A DNA stretch of 62,551 nucleotides, filler included, from Diploschistes diacapsis (taxonomy: Eukaryota), in assembly GCA_023645945.1 (NCBI GenBank). It is 21 parts of 21 records of this genome, joined end to end, with 100 filler letters (N's around TTAATTAATTAA, not from the genome) between each part and the next. Parts side by side here need not be neighbours in the genome. Positions count along the whole stretch, not along the records: positions 35,542 to 37,389 come from JALAIB010002562.1; positions 37,490 to 39,332 come from JALAIB010002563.1; positions 39,433 to 41,275 come from JALAIB010002564.1; positions 41,376 to 43,213 come from JALAIB010002565.1; positions 43,314 to 45,151 come from JALAIB010002566.1; positions 45,252 to 47,087 come from JALAIB010002567.1; positions 47,188 to 49,022 come from JALAIB010002568.1; 14 more parts are not named here. One strand, 5' to 3'. A program made the position numbers and the translations under genes. Positions 35,800-48,805 of this stretch are shown one piece after another; within the stretch, counting starts at the first letter, position 1; each line of letters starts with the position of its first letter. The notes below the pieces were generated by a model, which saw nothing but the letters and a program-made list of their open reading frames with translations, was not told the DNA's origin and searched no databases.

Positions 35800-37389
35800 T
35801 ACGAGCCATTCCACGGAAACTGCCGAATCACGCAATGCTTTAATTGCTATAGCTTTAGGCACATAGCAGCCCGCTGCGGACGATCGAGACACTACGGGTT
35901 TTACGCGGGCACGATTTACGAAACGAACGCTTACTCGATAAAAGAATAACTCTAAAACCACAAATACGTAAATTATAATCATAAAGGTTACCCGTTATAG
36001 TCGAGATATTATTTCGTAAACTAAACGATAACGGACCGCGCTCGTAAGAAATATAAAATAAGACCTAAAACATTCCGAAAATAAACCGTAACGTATTTCC
36101 CGATAATTATTATAAAATATAAAAAACGATTATATTCTTACGTTTAATCTTCTCCTTTTTTTTTAACTTCTTTCATCGCCTTAATTATTTTATTCTATTC
36201 GCTCTACTTTTCGTCCCAGGACGATTTCCGGGACCCGACCGAAAACCCGTTTAAAACCATAACATCAATAAATTTAACGCGTATTAAACCGAAATCTAAT
36301 AAAAGAATGAAAAGAATCGTTATAAAAGATCAAAACGATAAAAATACGAAAAGAACGAGAAATACGGATTCGAAAAAAGAACGAACACGCGCCGACGATA
36401 TAACGATAATAATTTATCGTCGAGGAAATTAATTTATAACGAAACGATTATAAAAATTCGTAAAAGATTCGATTAATATTTAGTTTTTTTAAATAAATAG
36501 TTCGAAAAATCTACGCGAAATAAAAAAAAATAACGGAAATAATATTATTTTAATAATTAATTTATATAAAATATTATTATCTATCAATATAACGTATAAA
36601 AAAATAAAAATAAAAAAATAATATCTTTTTTCGTAAATAAAAAGACGGCGTATTACGATATCGTAATTATTCAAAAATCGTAACGGAATAAAACGCCCCT
36701 ACAGGAATACTACACAACCAGGGACTAAGCCTGATCTGGAAGGATCACGTGTAGCTACAATCTGTAGGCTGAATGGTTCAGATTCAAAAAGGTAAAGAAA
36801 GAACTATCTAGGTGGGAGCAGGGCACATATAAATACTAGGTGCCAGCCCTACCAGCCCTACCAGGGTTCAACCCTTGAACCCACAAACGTTCAGGATGTT
36901 CCACGGAATTTATATTAAAACGATATATATTAATTAAAAAGATAATATATTATTATCGTAACGGGGAACATCCGCGCGCGTATCGCGGTAATAATTAATA
37001 AAAAGATAATAATAAAAATATCAAGAATCGAACGAACAAAACCGGATTAAATAATAATATTAATTTAACACGACGATTCCGTCCCGATCATAATCTATTA
37101 CGTATATAATTAACCCCCGCCGAATCATAATAATACTTCATTCCTTTCTTTAATTCTCGAGTTCTATAACATATTCACGGGTTTATAAATAATAATAGGC
37201 GATTTTAATATCTATTATTTAAACTAATCTGGACCCGGGTTACCGATAATCCACGTCTTAAACCACGTTTTAATTAAAAGGATAAACCGAATAAGCATAC
37301 AGTTACTAACCGTTCCGGAAACGCGGACGTAGAAAAGGAAACTTTCGTTATTAATAATCGACTTAATATAATATTTCGAGGATATATAG
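35800..37389 (+). mobile_element. Tad1-like LINE: ORF1 zinc knuckles and ORF2 APE endonuclease (RIP-degraded)
   Basis: QCFNCYSFRHIAARC (CCHC) at ~35833-35877 followed by further RIP-altered knuckles. YDIVIIQKS*R (DIVAIQEPWR-like) at ~36655 and IIGDFN at ~37195. Confidence 0.85.
36689..36903 (-). mobile_element. Solo LTR, family A, inserted in the LINE endonuclease
   Basis: TSD CGGAA at 36684-36688 and 36904-36908. Confidence 0.92.
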
Positions 37390-38919
37390 NNNNNNNNNNN
37401 NNNNNNNNNNNNNNNNNNNNNNNNNNNNNNNNNTTAATTAATTAANNNNNNNNNNNNNNNNNNNNNNNNNNNNNNNNNNNNNNNNNNNNGTTATAAATTG
37501 ATAACGAAATAAATACGGGTTTTTTACGGGTTATAAAAAGAGAACGATCGGACGTAGAAGTCGAAGTCGAGTCGGTGTAAAGAAGTCCCGATTTAGAATC
37601 AGTACGAAAAAATGTAGGAAAATCGACGGTAAATTTACGAAATATAAGGACCGGCGTCGAGACGAATAAGTCTTAATGGTCAGAAATAGTTCTAGATAGG
37701 TTCATATCGTTTAATTTATTAGTTATTCGTCGTAGATTAATAGCTTAATTCGTAAGAATATCGTTCGTAATCCGCGTTTTATATAAGCGTAAATACTCGT
37801 AATTTAAGACAATTTTCGGCCTAAATCACCCTATTAATACTATAAACGCAAAGATATTTAACCTATATACGCTTTTTTAGGTTTATTGGTCCTATAAAAG
37901 CTCTTTTAAACTAAATAACGGTCTAAACCCGCTTTCTATGTTTCAAATTAAGTCAGAAGCTGTTCGAAAGGAAATACGTTTCGATTATAAATCGATTAAA
38001 TATCGATCATTAATCGGCGTAGATCTATTATAAAGAAATTAAGGACTTATTAAACATTATTAATAGGCCGAATCTTTAGTTTATTAAATGGAAGCGATTT
38101 ACAAGTTTATAAACCTACTTTGCTTTCGGATCCGAATAAGCCGCATAAACAAATCTTCTAAGAGAAAGTCCGGGATAAGGAGGCCAGGCAGGTATCATAT
38201 TAGCAATCAACAGGTTCCGGGAATAGGCGAGATAGTAAGCCATAAGGAAAATTTCCGACTGAAACTGGAATGTTTTTTATTAATAACGATCGTTAGCCTT
38301 CCGGAACCCGATCGTATGGTATACGTATACCAAACGGGGTAGAAATATTTTAAAGAAGTTCTTTATCGTGCTTTTATTTATAAAGGTAATTATTCTGTCT
38401 AAGTTATATCTAAAGATGGAAAAAGAAAGAAAATACGGAAGGATTATAAAGGCTATAAAGATATATCGAGATAAAAAGATTTATTATTAATATATTTATT
38501 TTATAAAACTGTTATGTATTACAATCTATAAATACTCGTGATTTATATACCCGCGTTACACGCACCGGGGGATCGATATTAATTCATATATTAATTAACC
38601 GGAGCCGTGCCGATAACTTTCCCGCTCAACGGCGAGCACGTGCCCGCCATCCTTCCGCGGGGTTAACGGAGGTATATCGGGAGTTTTACGGACGTCCTTA
38701 GATAAATATGAACAACGGCTCTGGAAATCTAGAGTTAAGAAAGGGAGAAGTAACTATAATAGATAATTATGACAGTTTTCCGGGCGAGCGGAGGAACTCA
38801 GTCCTAACGCCGCGCCAAGGCCGCTAATCATAAGAGGAGTTTTTACAAAGGGATCTCCTCTTTTCTTCTCTAGAGATTAGTTCATGAATACTATAACCAT
38901 TATTATCACACTACTGCAT

Positions 38920-39332
38920 TTTATCCTTTATAAAGAAATTATCGTATCGATATATTAAGCCATTTCGTATTATAGGAGCAACGAGATCGCAGATATATAA
39001 ATTAATATTATTAATTAAGTATAATAAAATATATCCTATATTTTATATATCGTTCCTAGAGCCTTATACCGCAAAAAATAAACTTAAAAATAACGAATAT
39101 CTCCTACCTCCAGATTTTATAGACGATGAAGAAGAATAAAAAATAAAAAAAATATTGAATAAAAAATTAAAAGCTAAGGTCCTATAATATAAAATATAAT
39201 AAAAGGACTAATCGTTAGAATATAATAATTAAATATTAATAAACTAGTTTAAGAACGTCACGAGCATGCTCGAAAACTATAAAATAACTTATCTATAATC
39301 TAAAAGAAGGCCAAAACGGCATTAAATAATAT
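38920..39332 (+). mobile_element. Chromovirus (Ty3/gypsy) integrase C-terminus and chromodomain, RIP-degraded
   Basis: IYPIFYISFLEPY (IHPVFHVS.LEPY-like), then PPDFIDDEEE*KIKKIL and a degraded chromodomain pattern. Confidence 0.75.
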
Positions 39333-39432
39333 NNNNNNNNNNNNNNNNNNNNNNNNNNNNNNNNNNNNNNNNNNNNTTAATTAATTAANNNNNNNNNNNN
39401 NNNNNNNNNNNNNNNNNNNNNNNNNNNNNNNN

Positions 39433-39587
39433 GTAAGCTTTTATACCAATAGGATCTATTAAGCCCTATAGACTTACACTACTCCCGATTAGGATTAGTA
39501 GGAACCCTAGTAGGTTCAGCTGAACTGAACCTGAACCTGAGGTTCAGCTGAACTTCCCAGCCATGCATTCTGCCTGCCTGCTCAACA
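39433..39587 (-). mobile_element. Family C (copia) LTR, 5' part
   Basis: Minus strand starts TGTTGAGCAGGCAGGCAGAATGCATGGCTGGGAAG and matches the LTR at 31887. Confidence 0.85.
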
Positions 39588-39834
39588 CGGAAACTAGCCG
39601 TTATATGGCCGAATTATTTAAAAACTTTCGGATTTTGAGGAAAAAGCTATATAACAACTATATACCGTTAAACAAACCTTTTTTTATGTCTTTAATGAAA
39701 TCTACGCATGGAACCACTCATAATATTTTATTTATAAAAAATACTTTTTATGGTGTCATAACAGATTTCGAAAGATTAAAAAATCCGTTTTTTCGAGTCG
39801 TAATATTTTATTCGCTTAAAAAAGTTATCTGCTG

Positions 39835-40205
39835 ACGTAATCAATGTGCACTTTTTAAATAACGTGTTTCACCACTTAACGGCTCACCCCACAAAGCCGC
39901 TCACAATCCCTGCACCTTCGTAAAATGTTATTCTTAACATTTTCACCTTTCGTACAAATAATATTATGTGTGCTTGTAGGGCTCAAAAGCTCGCTTAAAA
40001 CAATCTAGCGCAATTACATTATAATGTAGTGAGCCTCTTTGTGGTGTGATCCGTTAAGTGGTGAAACACCTTATCATAAAAAATGGTCGAAAAACAATAT
40101 TTCGTGAAAAAAACAAAAACAACGGTTAATTTCGATGAATTATTGATTATTTAACATATTTCTTGCCAAAAGTGGCCGGAATCTAGGGGTGGCCGTCAAA
40201 CACGT
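39835..40205. mobile_element. pogo/Fot1-like element end (family E) carrying MITE G
   Basis: Ends GTGGCCGGAATCTAGGGGTGGCCGTCAAACACGT+TA. An uninterrupted version is at 51057-51225. Confidence 0.8.
39862..40071. mobile_element. MITE G (210 bp, Fot1-like TIRs, TA duplication)
   Basis: TA|ACGTGTTTCACCAC...GTGGTGAAACACCT|TA. Inverted second copy at 44089-44296. Confidence 0.88.
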
Positions 40206-41113
40206 TACCGTAAAAACTCCCTTGGGCTTTGAAAGAAAACCAGCCCACAAGTATTAATCCCAAATAACATTCCAAACAGACAATCAAGCCACATTAATAT
40301 CCTACATAAAGTATTGTTCTCACCTGCTCTCCTCATCTTTTTGCGACTGTAGCAATTTTTTTCTGTTTCAAACATGGCTTTTTTGCTATCCGTAATTTTC
40401 GACAGAGTGTCTGTCCGTTGGATGACGAATTGATATATTATTAAAACGGAATTTAATCGCTTAGGATTATTAGACCAGGTTACAAAGCCTAAAGTGAAGA
40501 ATATTCAATTAGGATAACAATTATAAAATAGTCAGTATTGAACCCATGACTTTTAAATGGAAATCGAAGGTCTGTCAACAGTCGTCTTCACCATTCGACC
40601 ATACTTATTGTTCAATATTATAATTATTTAAATTCCTAAGCGTAACCAACGTATAATATTCAAACCTTTATACCTTGAGTAGTGTATTCCTTCTTATTTA
40701 TCTGAATGAACTTCCACGGATACTGCTTGCCATGCGCCAGCACCTTCGGCATCCTTTACGCCGCTACCGCCGCCACCATTTTTACCTATAATTCCTCCAG
40801 ATTGCGCATTCTACATATCTTACCTTTTTGTTACGATCCGCGGTATCGGCCTCGTCACTCCAAGCCACATATTTGGATCTGGAAACAAACCACGGTTAAC
40901 ACAGATTACGTGATTATCAGCCAGATTGTTAATAATCACTTAATTCGTAATAGATCTGCTCGCGATAAATTATCGTCGATAATAAATCTGTCGTAATAAT
41001 TAAATCATCATGTAAAAGCTATCGCTCCGGAGTGTATAAAATTTATTGTAAACGCCAGTAATTTAAACACATTTTTTAATACCAGGTAATCGTTGGCAGC
41101 AGGATCGAATGGT

Positions 41114-41275
41114 TGTTATGATCTCTATCTCTACAAGGTAGACACGAGGTATTGATCAAGGTGGGTTTGGTCTCGTATAGAAGAGGAGTGCAAACAGGAG
41201 AAGAAGTAATTCGGTTATAGATCTGTACTGATTTCTAGGAAGATGCTTTATATTAATAGAAGGTAACGAATATAG
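41114..41275 (-). mobile_element. LTR family B (partial)
   Basis: TGTTATGATCTCTATCTCTACAAGG terminus. Confidence 0.85.
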
Positions 41276-41622
41276 NNNNNNNNNNNNNNNNNNNNNNNNN
41301 NNNNNNNNNNNNNNNNNNNTTAATTAATTAANNNNNNNNNNNNNNNNNNNNNNNNNNNNNNNNNNNNNNNNNNNNGCGCATTGAAGGGCGGTGGAGGTGG
41401 CGGTTGAGTGAGAGGGAAGGAATTCTATGGATGCAATGAGTGTCGCGCAGCGAAGAATAGGATTTTTGGCGATGAAACTACTAACAGTTCATCCCCCCTA
41501 AGCCAGCTTCATCCTATCGCATTTCCAAGCTGATCATCTCCTGTCTCCCCAGCACACTCCCCACTACCCAGTTACGCTTCCTCTCCATCCCCCCAACAAT
41601 CCACCTCCCCAAGCTCACACCT

Positions 41623-42718
41623 TCACGCCTTCACTGCCACCTTCCCCTCCCCACCCCTCACCATCCCAACCACCCTCTCCGCCAACAACTTGGCATCCCC
41701 TGGCCACCTCGCACTAACATAACGATACCTTTCGTCCTCAACCACAAATGGCTTGAGGCCCGCATATCCCTTGAACTGCCTCTTATCTGCCAATCTCTTC
41801 GTCACCGCCTCCTCCACGTGCTCGCTGCCCGCCCCGTACGTCTTGTAGTAATCCCCCAGAAACAGCCTCGTTGCCTGATACGCCGCGCGCTCGAAGATCG
41901 CCGGTAACGCCGTCGTGTGGGTATCGTATAGCACGCTCTTGCCGGCCTTGTCGCCCGCGGATGATTGGTTCATGGGGTGTATGGACTCCGAGAGGACCAT
42001 GACGCCGTGGCAGACGGCGGCGATGGTTTTTGTGGAGGGGGTCGAGGTGGCGGAGGAGCCATTTGTGGAGGCAGATGGGCGAAGAGTTTGCGGGAAATAG
42101 TTTGCGACGTGTGTGTGGATGACGGGCGAGTCGATGACCTGCCGCACACCCTTCTCGTGGCCGCCGGGGAAGAAGAGAAGGTTGTAGGGGTCTAGCGAGA
42201 AGGAGGGGGAGGACCAGGAGATCGGGTGTTGGATGGAGGGAAGGGAGAGCATGGATTTGTGGGCGGCGAGGGCAGAGGCGTCGGCGCCCTGGGGAAAGTT
42301 AGGATAGCAAGGTAGTAGAACAGAACCGAACAATAACAAGACTCCGCGAAGCGAAACAGAGGTCTCTATAGAGATCTGACATACCAAAAGCTTCTGCGTG
42401 ATCCCCTCGAGCATCTTCCTATCACACTGCGGCTGCTTCCCGTTCTCCGTCGCAAACTCGATGTCGAAGCCGGCCTCATGAAAGGCCATGAAGGGGACTG
42501 CCGTTTCTAAGACAGTGAGTGTTAGTTAGTACGGCTCGATCCTCGAACATCTCATCTTTCTTAATAATCTCGGAATTTCGTTCTTCTGGTTTCAATGACC
42601 GCGGGAGGCATCACAAGTATATTTTGCATTCGCGATTAACAATATGAGCTCTCTCTCACTTACCCGTAGGATCATGCCCGTAGTCGGCCATTATGAAGAG
42701 CACTTTCGGCGTTGGCAT
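41623..42718 (-). CDS. DJ-1/PfpI (class I glutamine amidotransferase-like) protein (exons 42664-42718, 42385-42506, 41623-42288)
   Basis: MPTPKVLFIMADYGHDPTETAVPF, FPGGH, nucleophile elbow AAVCHG, VSARWPGDA. Canonical introns. Confidence 0.9.
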
Positions 42719-43945
42719 GGTGGACAATCTCCTAAGGATTAGCTTCAAAGACCAGACGAGTCTTTTAGCTTCTACGTTCCTACTCTAGTACTCCCTAAAG
42801 CCTGATGTAAGAGATGAGATGCTTCATCCTTCAAGCGTGGGTATGAAGCTCTGCTTGTTGTAGAGTTGACATCATCAAAGCTTGTCGGCGCGACTTCGGC
42901 AATCGTCGGGAGACCCCTAATAACATATTTTCAGGAGGAGACGCACCTAGGTAAATATATTGGATATGCTACCGAGATCGATGAGCTTTTTTTCGCAAAA
43001 CAAATTCTCGCTTCACCGACAGCACAGATCTGGAATGTAACAAATCTTTTTTAGCCCCCACAATTTCTGTACCCAGGGAGAGGCTGCTGCACGCTACACG
43101 CATATGACCTCGAAACTAGAGCAGAACATGTTCTGCGGATATAGTCCCTCTTCCTACATCTCATCACACGCTCCCACCAGAGCTTCCCACCCCCTTCGTA
43201 AACCCCTCCAACCNNNNNNNNNNNNNNNNNNNNNNNNNNNNNNNNNNNNNNNNNNNNTTAATTAATTAANNNNNNNNNNNNNNNNNNNNNNNNNNNNNNN
43301 NNNNNNNNNNNNNATACTATTTTAATAGTAATTCTTTTTATCTTTTCGACGAGAGCATCTTTTCGCGCCTTTATTATCTCCCTATTTACAAGCTTTATAT
43401 CTTATCTCATTCCTAATAATATATTTTTAATTATTTCTAATATATCTTTTAATATAGATTCGAAATCATCCTCTTGCTCTAACGACTTGTTTATTAAGGG
43501 TTTACCTTTAAATTACGACTTTCGTTCTTGTTGTTCGGTATAATCTGAATCTTCTTTATTAAGAAAAATGATTCTGGATCGTTCGTTTCTTCCTTTTAAT
43601 TCATTTTCTTCCATATCGATTTAATTGCGTGGGTTTATCCCACGTGTACGTTACGAAAAACGTGCTATCTTATCGCATCGTCGTCCTTAGGAAAAGATAA
43701 TAATTATAACTATAAAAAATATAATACAAAAATATGGCACGATGGCTACACATAGGGTAAATTCATGCCAGGACTAATCACTAGAAACAAGAAAAAAATA
43801 ACAAGCGCAAACTCCCCCCTTCAAGTACCAGCCAGCCAAGACCTTGAGTGTCGCTTAGACTCTTGGCGTCCTCGGTGTCCTTTTAGCTTGGCCTCACATA
43901 TTTTGTTTTCGTTTTCGGGTGTAATTTAATAAAAATCAAGACATA

Positions 43946-44598
43946 CAGTACTATCCCAAAAGTAATGGACCCTCCCCCAAATTACACCAAAATGCGTCTA
44001 TTGCATAGAGCTATTATACCACCCATAAGCCTTTTAAAAATCTAAAAACATATTCAAGCTTTTTATAGTAACATGAATATTTATTCTAACGTGTTTCACC
44101 ACATAACGGGTTACACCACAAAGCGGGTTACTCATTATAATGTAGATGCGCTAGATAGTTTTAAGCGAGCTTTTGAGCCCCACAACCACACATAAAACTA
44201 TTTGTACGAAACTAAATCTGTTTTCAACTACATTATACGAAGGTGCAGGGACTGTAACCCGCTTTGTGGTGTAACCCGTTATGTGGTGAAACACGTTACT
44301 GTTTTTTTTTGAAATTATTAAAGCTATAACGGAAGTAATTACGTTGTAAAAATCGAGAACGTACCGCTGCCGCGATTTTTGGCGGCAGCGGTACACTTCA
44401 AAAGTTTACCGTGTTATCAATCACTCTATATCGCACGGAATTTTTTTAAAAGAATTTATATATATTCCGCGTAGTTTTAAATGTCTTTTATAATCTTTTC
44501 AATTCCTAAAACCATTAATTGATGAGTTGGGAGCTTCCTGAAATGCGAAAATTTTGGTGTGTTTTGCTGGAGGGACCATTACTTTTGGGACGTGACTG
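43946..44598. mobile_element. Tc1/mariner-type MITE H containing MITE G
   Basis: TA|CAGT...TCCCAAAAGTAATGG.CCCTCC, a ~30-bp imperfect TIR at both ends, flanked by TA. Confidence 0.85.
44089..44296. mobile_element. MITE G, second copy
   Basis: TA|ACGTGTTTCACCACATAACGGGTTACACCACAAAGCGGGTTAC long TIR ...ACACGT|TA. Confidence 0.9.
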
Positions 44599-44600
44599 TA

Positions 44601-45041
44601 TAGGCCAAAGCCATTTTTAATTAATATATAAAATGATAGTTTTTAAAACCGAGATCAAGATATTTCGTACGGTAAATAAGGTATTCAATAAACGACAAAG
44701 GATTAATAAAACGCGCGTACGAGCTGAAAAATCATTTAACGTATTAGAAATAATCGTGTTACAATTTTTAAAATTCGAAATTCGTATAGAAAAGGTTGAT
44801 ATATCTAAAAATAAAAATCGTCCGAAGGAGGTCGGATTGCACGTATAACGTTATAATTAATATAATAAATTTAAGTATAATGCGCGAACTTGCGAAATAG
44901 AATTTATAACTTCTGAAGAAGATATTGATAATTAATATAATGAATTATTGTACGAATTGATTGCGTATATGTAATTGTAACTCGTATAAATCGAGAAGGG
45001 TGTCCGTTCGCTATGAGTGTCCGTTCGCTATGCATATACGT
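44601..45041 (+). mobile_element. pogo/Fot1 transposon 3' end (family F)
   Basis: RIP form of the Fot1 C-terminus (FRTVNKVFNKRQRINKTRVRA; knuckle remnant ..YNARTCE). TIR contains a duplicated GTGTCCGTTCGCTATG and ends ACGT|TA. Confidence 0.82.
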
Positions 45042-45251
45042 TATTATAAAAACCGTATATATGTTTTAAAAAACGACGATATTAAATCGAAATTCTCACG
45101 ATTAATTCACGATTTTAAATTATTGGATTATTATAATAAGGAACGTATTCANNNNNNNNNNNNNNNNNNNNNNNNNNNNNNNNNNNNNNNNNNNNTTAAT
45201 TAATTAANNNNNNNNNNNNNNNNNNNNNNNNNNNNNNNNNNNNNNNNNNNN

Positions 45252-46745
45252 TGTCCTCCCAGTCCCCCTCGCAGCCCCCCTCCGGGCAGTCGCCCGCCTA
45301 CGTGATCGGCGTCGGCATGACCAAGTTCATGAAGCCGCGGGGCAAAGTCGACTACACGGAGCTGGGCTACGAAGCCGGGATCAAAGCGCTGCTGGACGCG
45401 CACGTCAACTACGACGACATCGACCAGGGCGTGGCGTGCTACTGCTACGGCGACAGCACGTGCGGGCAACGCGTCTTCTACCAGTTCGGCATGACGGGCA
45501 TCCCCATCTACAACGTCAACAACAACTGCAGCACGGGCTCGACGGGGCTCAACCTGGCGCGCACCATGGTGCAGGGCGGCGCCGCCCACGCCGTCCTGGT
45601 CGTCGGCTTCGAGAAGATGGAGCGCGGCAGCCTGCAGAGCAAGTGGACGGACCGCGAGAGCCCGACGGCGACCTCCGGGCTGATGATGGCGGCGACGCGC
45701 GGCGTCACGAACGCGCCGGGCGCGGCGCAGATGTTCGGCAACGCCGGCCGCGAATACATGGAGAAGTACGGCGCCCGGGCCGAGGACTTCGCCGAGATCG
45801 CGCGCGTCAACCACGAGCACTCGCAGCGCAACCCGTACTCGCAGTTCCGCGACGTCTACAGCCTCGAGCAGGTCCTCGCCGCGCCCACGGTGCACGAGCC
45901 CCTGACCAAGCTCCAGTGCTGCCCGACCTCCGACGGCGGCGCCGCGGCCGTCGTCGTCTCCCGGGCCTTCCTGGACGCGCGCCCACGCCTGCGCGACCGG
46001 GCCGTCCTCATCGCGGGCCAGTGCCTCGCGACGGATGCGCCGTCGCTGTTCGATCGCTCGGCCATCAACCTGATGGGCTTCGAGATGACGCAGCACGCGG
46101 CGCGGGCGGCGCTGGCGCAGGCCGGCGTGACGCCGCGGGATGTCAAGGTGTGCGAGCTGCACGACTGCTTCTCGGCGAACGAGATGATTGTCCTGGATGC
46201 GCTGGGCCTGGCGGAGCACGGGAAGGCGCACGAGATGGTGCGGAGCGGCGACATCACGTACGGTGGCCGCGTGGTTGTGAATCCCTCGGGCGGCTTGATT
46301 TCGAAAGGTGCGTGCAATGCGGGGAGCTTTGTAGAGAGACGGTGGAAAAATGTTGGTTTTTTTGATTCTTGGGGACTTGTGCTGATTGATGCGTGCTGCG
46401 ACAGGCCACCCGCTCGGCGCAACGGGCATCGCGCAGCTCGCGGAGCTGACCTGGCAGCTGCGCGGCTGGGCCAACAACCGGCTCGTCGAGGGCTGTGCGG
46501 TTGCGCTGCAGCATAACCTGGGCCTTGGCGGCGCGGTCGTGGTCACGGTGTATAAGCGCGCGGATGGGGCTGAGAATAGGAGGGTGGAGGATGGCGTGAT
46601 CAGCGAGATGAGCGGGGTGGGATACAATCCAGCCGTTGTGGCGAAGGGGTTTACAGAGAAGCAGGCGGATCAGGTGCGGAGCAAGAAGCGGCGGAGCGAT
46701 TGGGCGCTGCAGGACGTGGCGCGGAAGGTCGAGGCGAGGATATGA
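45252..46745 (+). CDS. SCP-x/SCP2-type thiolase (intron 46308-46404; first base of ATG probably lost at contig edge)
   Basis: VIGVGMTKF, catalytic [48 protein letters not shown]. Confidence 0.93.
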
Positions 46746-47590
46746 GTGGTGTTGCGTGTGCGTGTGCGTGTGCGCGGAATCGTAGATTGTATAGTTTACG
46801 GCTGAAATGCATGAGCGGCTTGGGAGACCAGGCATGGTTGAGTTTAAGCTTGGTTGTCTGGGTTGTTTGTTTTGAAGGCCGAGTATCTTTGCTCCGGCTA
46901 TGTCTCTCTTCTTCTTCGTATTTGCATTTTGCGTGGTGGGAGTCGACAAACTGTCAAACTACCTCCTCCCTTTTTCCACCACCATGATCATCATCATCAT
47001 CATCATTCCCGTGTTCTCTCCTCCTTTGCTATTGGTCCTCCTCCCTCTGCACCTCCCCTATCTCCCCCCTTCTTTTCCCTTCCCTTCNNNNNNNNNNNNN
47101 NNNNNNNNNNNNNNNNNNNNNNNNNNNNNNNTTAATTAATTAANNNNNNNNNNNNNNNNNNNNNNNNNNNNNNNNNNNNNNNNNNNNTCATAATACTTAT
47201 TATATAATTTATGTATATAATAGGCAGAATAAGACTTGCCAAGATTTCTAGAAGTTCCCACTTCCTGTTGATCAAACAGAGAGACTTCACGGATCTACTA
47301 AAAAGAGAAAAAGAGATATATATACATCAGCTTTCTATATTTTGTTTGGTCCGGCTCGCCATTCTAGGAGCTCCCTCCTATCTCCTTTCCTCAGAGGTGC
47401 TGCATTTGTAAGCCATAGTAAGCAACAACAAGCTTCCTCATCCACATAACGCCTTGCTTAGAAAGCTCCATTGATTACATTACATTAAATTTTGTTCGTT
47501 TCTATTGAATATGATGTGTATATATGTACGGCATGGTCTCGAGCGAAGAGCCTCCACCATCCTCACAGTACATATTCTATCATTCGAACC

Positions 47591-48805
47591 ATGCCTGTTC
47601 ACGAGATCGTCATCCTTGGTGGTAGTTTCGGCGGCGTAGGCGCCGCCCACTATCTTCTCCGGCATACTATTCCTGCCTTGACCGCCCAGGACCCGGGCCA
47701 GACATATCACATTACCATCGTTTCCCCTTCGACGCACCTCTACTTTAAGATTGCCGGGCCGCGTGTCATCGCCGCACCCAGCAAGATCTCCCTCGAGAAG
47801 GTCTTTGTGCCAATCGTGGCTGAGTTCTCCACCTACCCGCCCTCTCAGTTCAGCTTCGTCCAAGGAAAAGCCACCGGGGTGAATTCGCAGAGCCAGACAG
47901 TGGCGGTCGAGCTTACCGAGGGCGCCTCACAGCGGTCCTTGCCCTACTCAACGCTGATCGTTGCGACCGGTAGCCTTTCGGATCCCCTCTGGACCCTCAA
48001 CGACTCCCACACCGTCTCGCGAGCAGCATTCGAGAGTCTCCACGCCTCGTTACCAAGCGCAAGAACCATCTTCATCGCAGGCGGAGGAGCTGCAGGCGTG
48101 GAGACGGCCGGAGAGATAGCCGAGAACTTCCCTCACGCCAAGACAACGATCCTCTCCGGATCCTCGCGGCTCCTGCCACGACTGCACAACAAAACCTCCG
48201 CCACAGCCGAGAGCAAACTACACAAACTAGGCGTGAACGTCATGCACGCCGCGAAGGTCTTGTCCAGCACCAAGCAAGCGAACGGGCAGACGCGCGTGGA
48301 ACTCTCCAACGGCACCGACCAGCTCGTCGACGTCTACATCGACGCGACGGGCGGCCGTCCCAACACCGGCTTCCTGCCGCACGAGTGGCTCGACGAGCGA
48401 GGAAGGGTGCTGGTCGACGCCGAGACGCTCCGCGGCACGGGCCCGAACATGCAGGGCGTCTACGCCATCGGGGACGCGGCCTCGTACTCGTCCGCGGCCG
48501 TCATGGACGTCTCGTTCGGCATGCGACCGATGTGCACGAGCATCGGCATCGATATCCGGGCCGGGCTCGCGAACGGCGAGAAGCAGGGAGGTCAGCCGCG
48601 GGGCAGGACGAGCAAGGCGCTGGTGCAGCAGAAGTACAAGCCGTTTAAGGACACGCAGATGGTGCCGATCGGGAGCAAGGGAGGCGTCATGCAGGTCATG
48701 GGTTGGCGGCTGCCGTCGTTTATTGTCTGGTTGGTCAAGAGTCGGGATTTCATGATTGGGGAGGCGCAGAATACTGTCAAAGGCGCGAGCTTTTTGAAGG
48801 CTTGA
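47591..48805 (+). CDS. AMID/AIF-like FAD/NAD(P)-dependent oxidoreductase, 404 aa
   Basis: IVILGGSFGG (FAD), LIVATG, IAGGGAAGVETAGEI (NAD), VYAIGD. First ATG at 47591. Confidence 0.9.
   Translation: MPVHEIVILGGSFGGVGAAHYLLRHTIPALTAQDPGQTYHITIVSPSTHLYFKIAGPRVIAAPSKISLEKVFVPIVAEFSTYPPSQFSFVQGKATGVNSQSQTVAVELTEGASQRSLPYSTLIVATGSLSDPLWTLNDSHTVSRAAFESLHASLPSARTIFIAGGGAAGVETAGEIAENFPHAKTTILSGSSRLLPRLHNKTSATAESKLHKLGVNVMHAAKVLSSTKQANGQTRVELSNGTDQLVDVYIDATGGRPNTGFLPHEWLDERGRVLVDAETLRGTGPNMQGVYAIGDAASYSSAAVMDVSFGMRPMCTSIGIDIRAGLANGEKQGGQPRGRTSKALVQQKYKPFKDTQMVPIGSKGGVMQVMGWRLPSFIVWLVKSRDFMIGEAQNTVKGASFLKA

Noticed and set aside
40208..41113. Possible further transposase remnants
   Set aside because: Too degraded for me to assign a family.
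45200..46627. Long antisense and alternate-frame ORFs (also 9985-10734, 16758-17411, 22816-23676)
   Set aside because: Shadows of GC-rich coding sequence on the other strand or frame; no independent motifs.
41623..48805. DJ-1, thiolase and oxidoreductase as a metabolic cluster
   Set aside because: They lie on separate contigs that are adjacent only because of length ordering.
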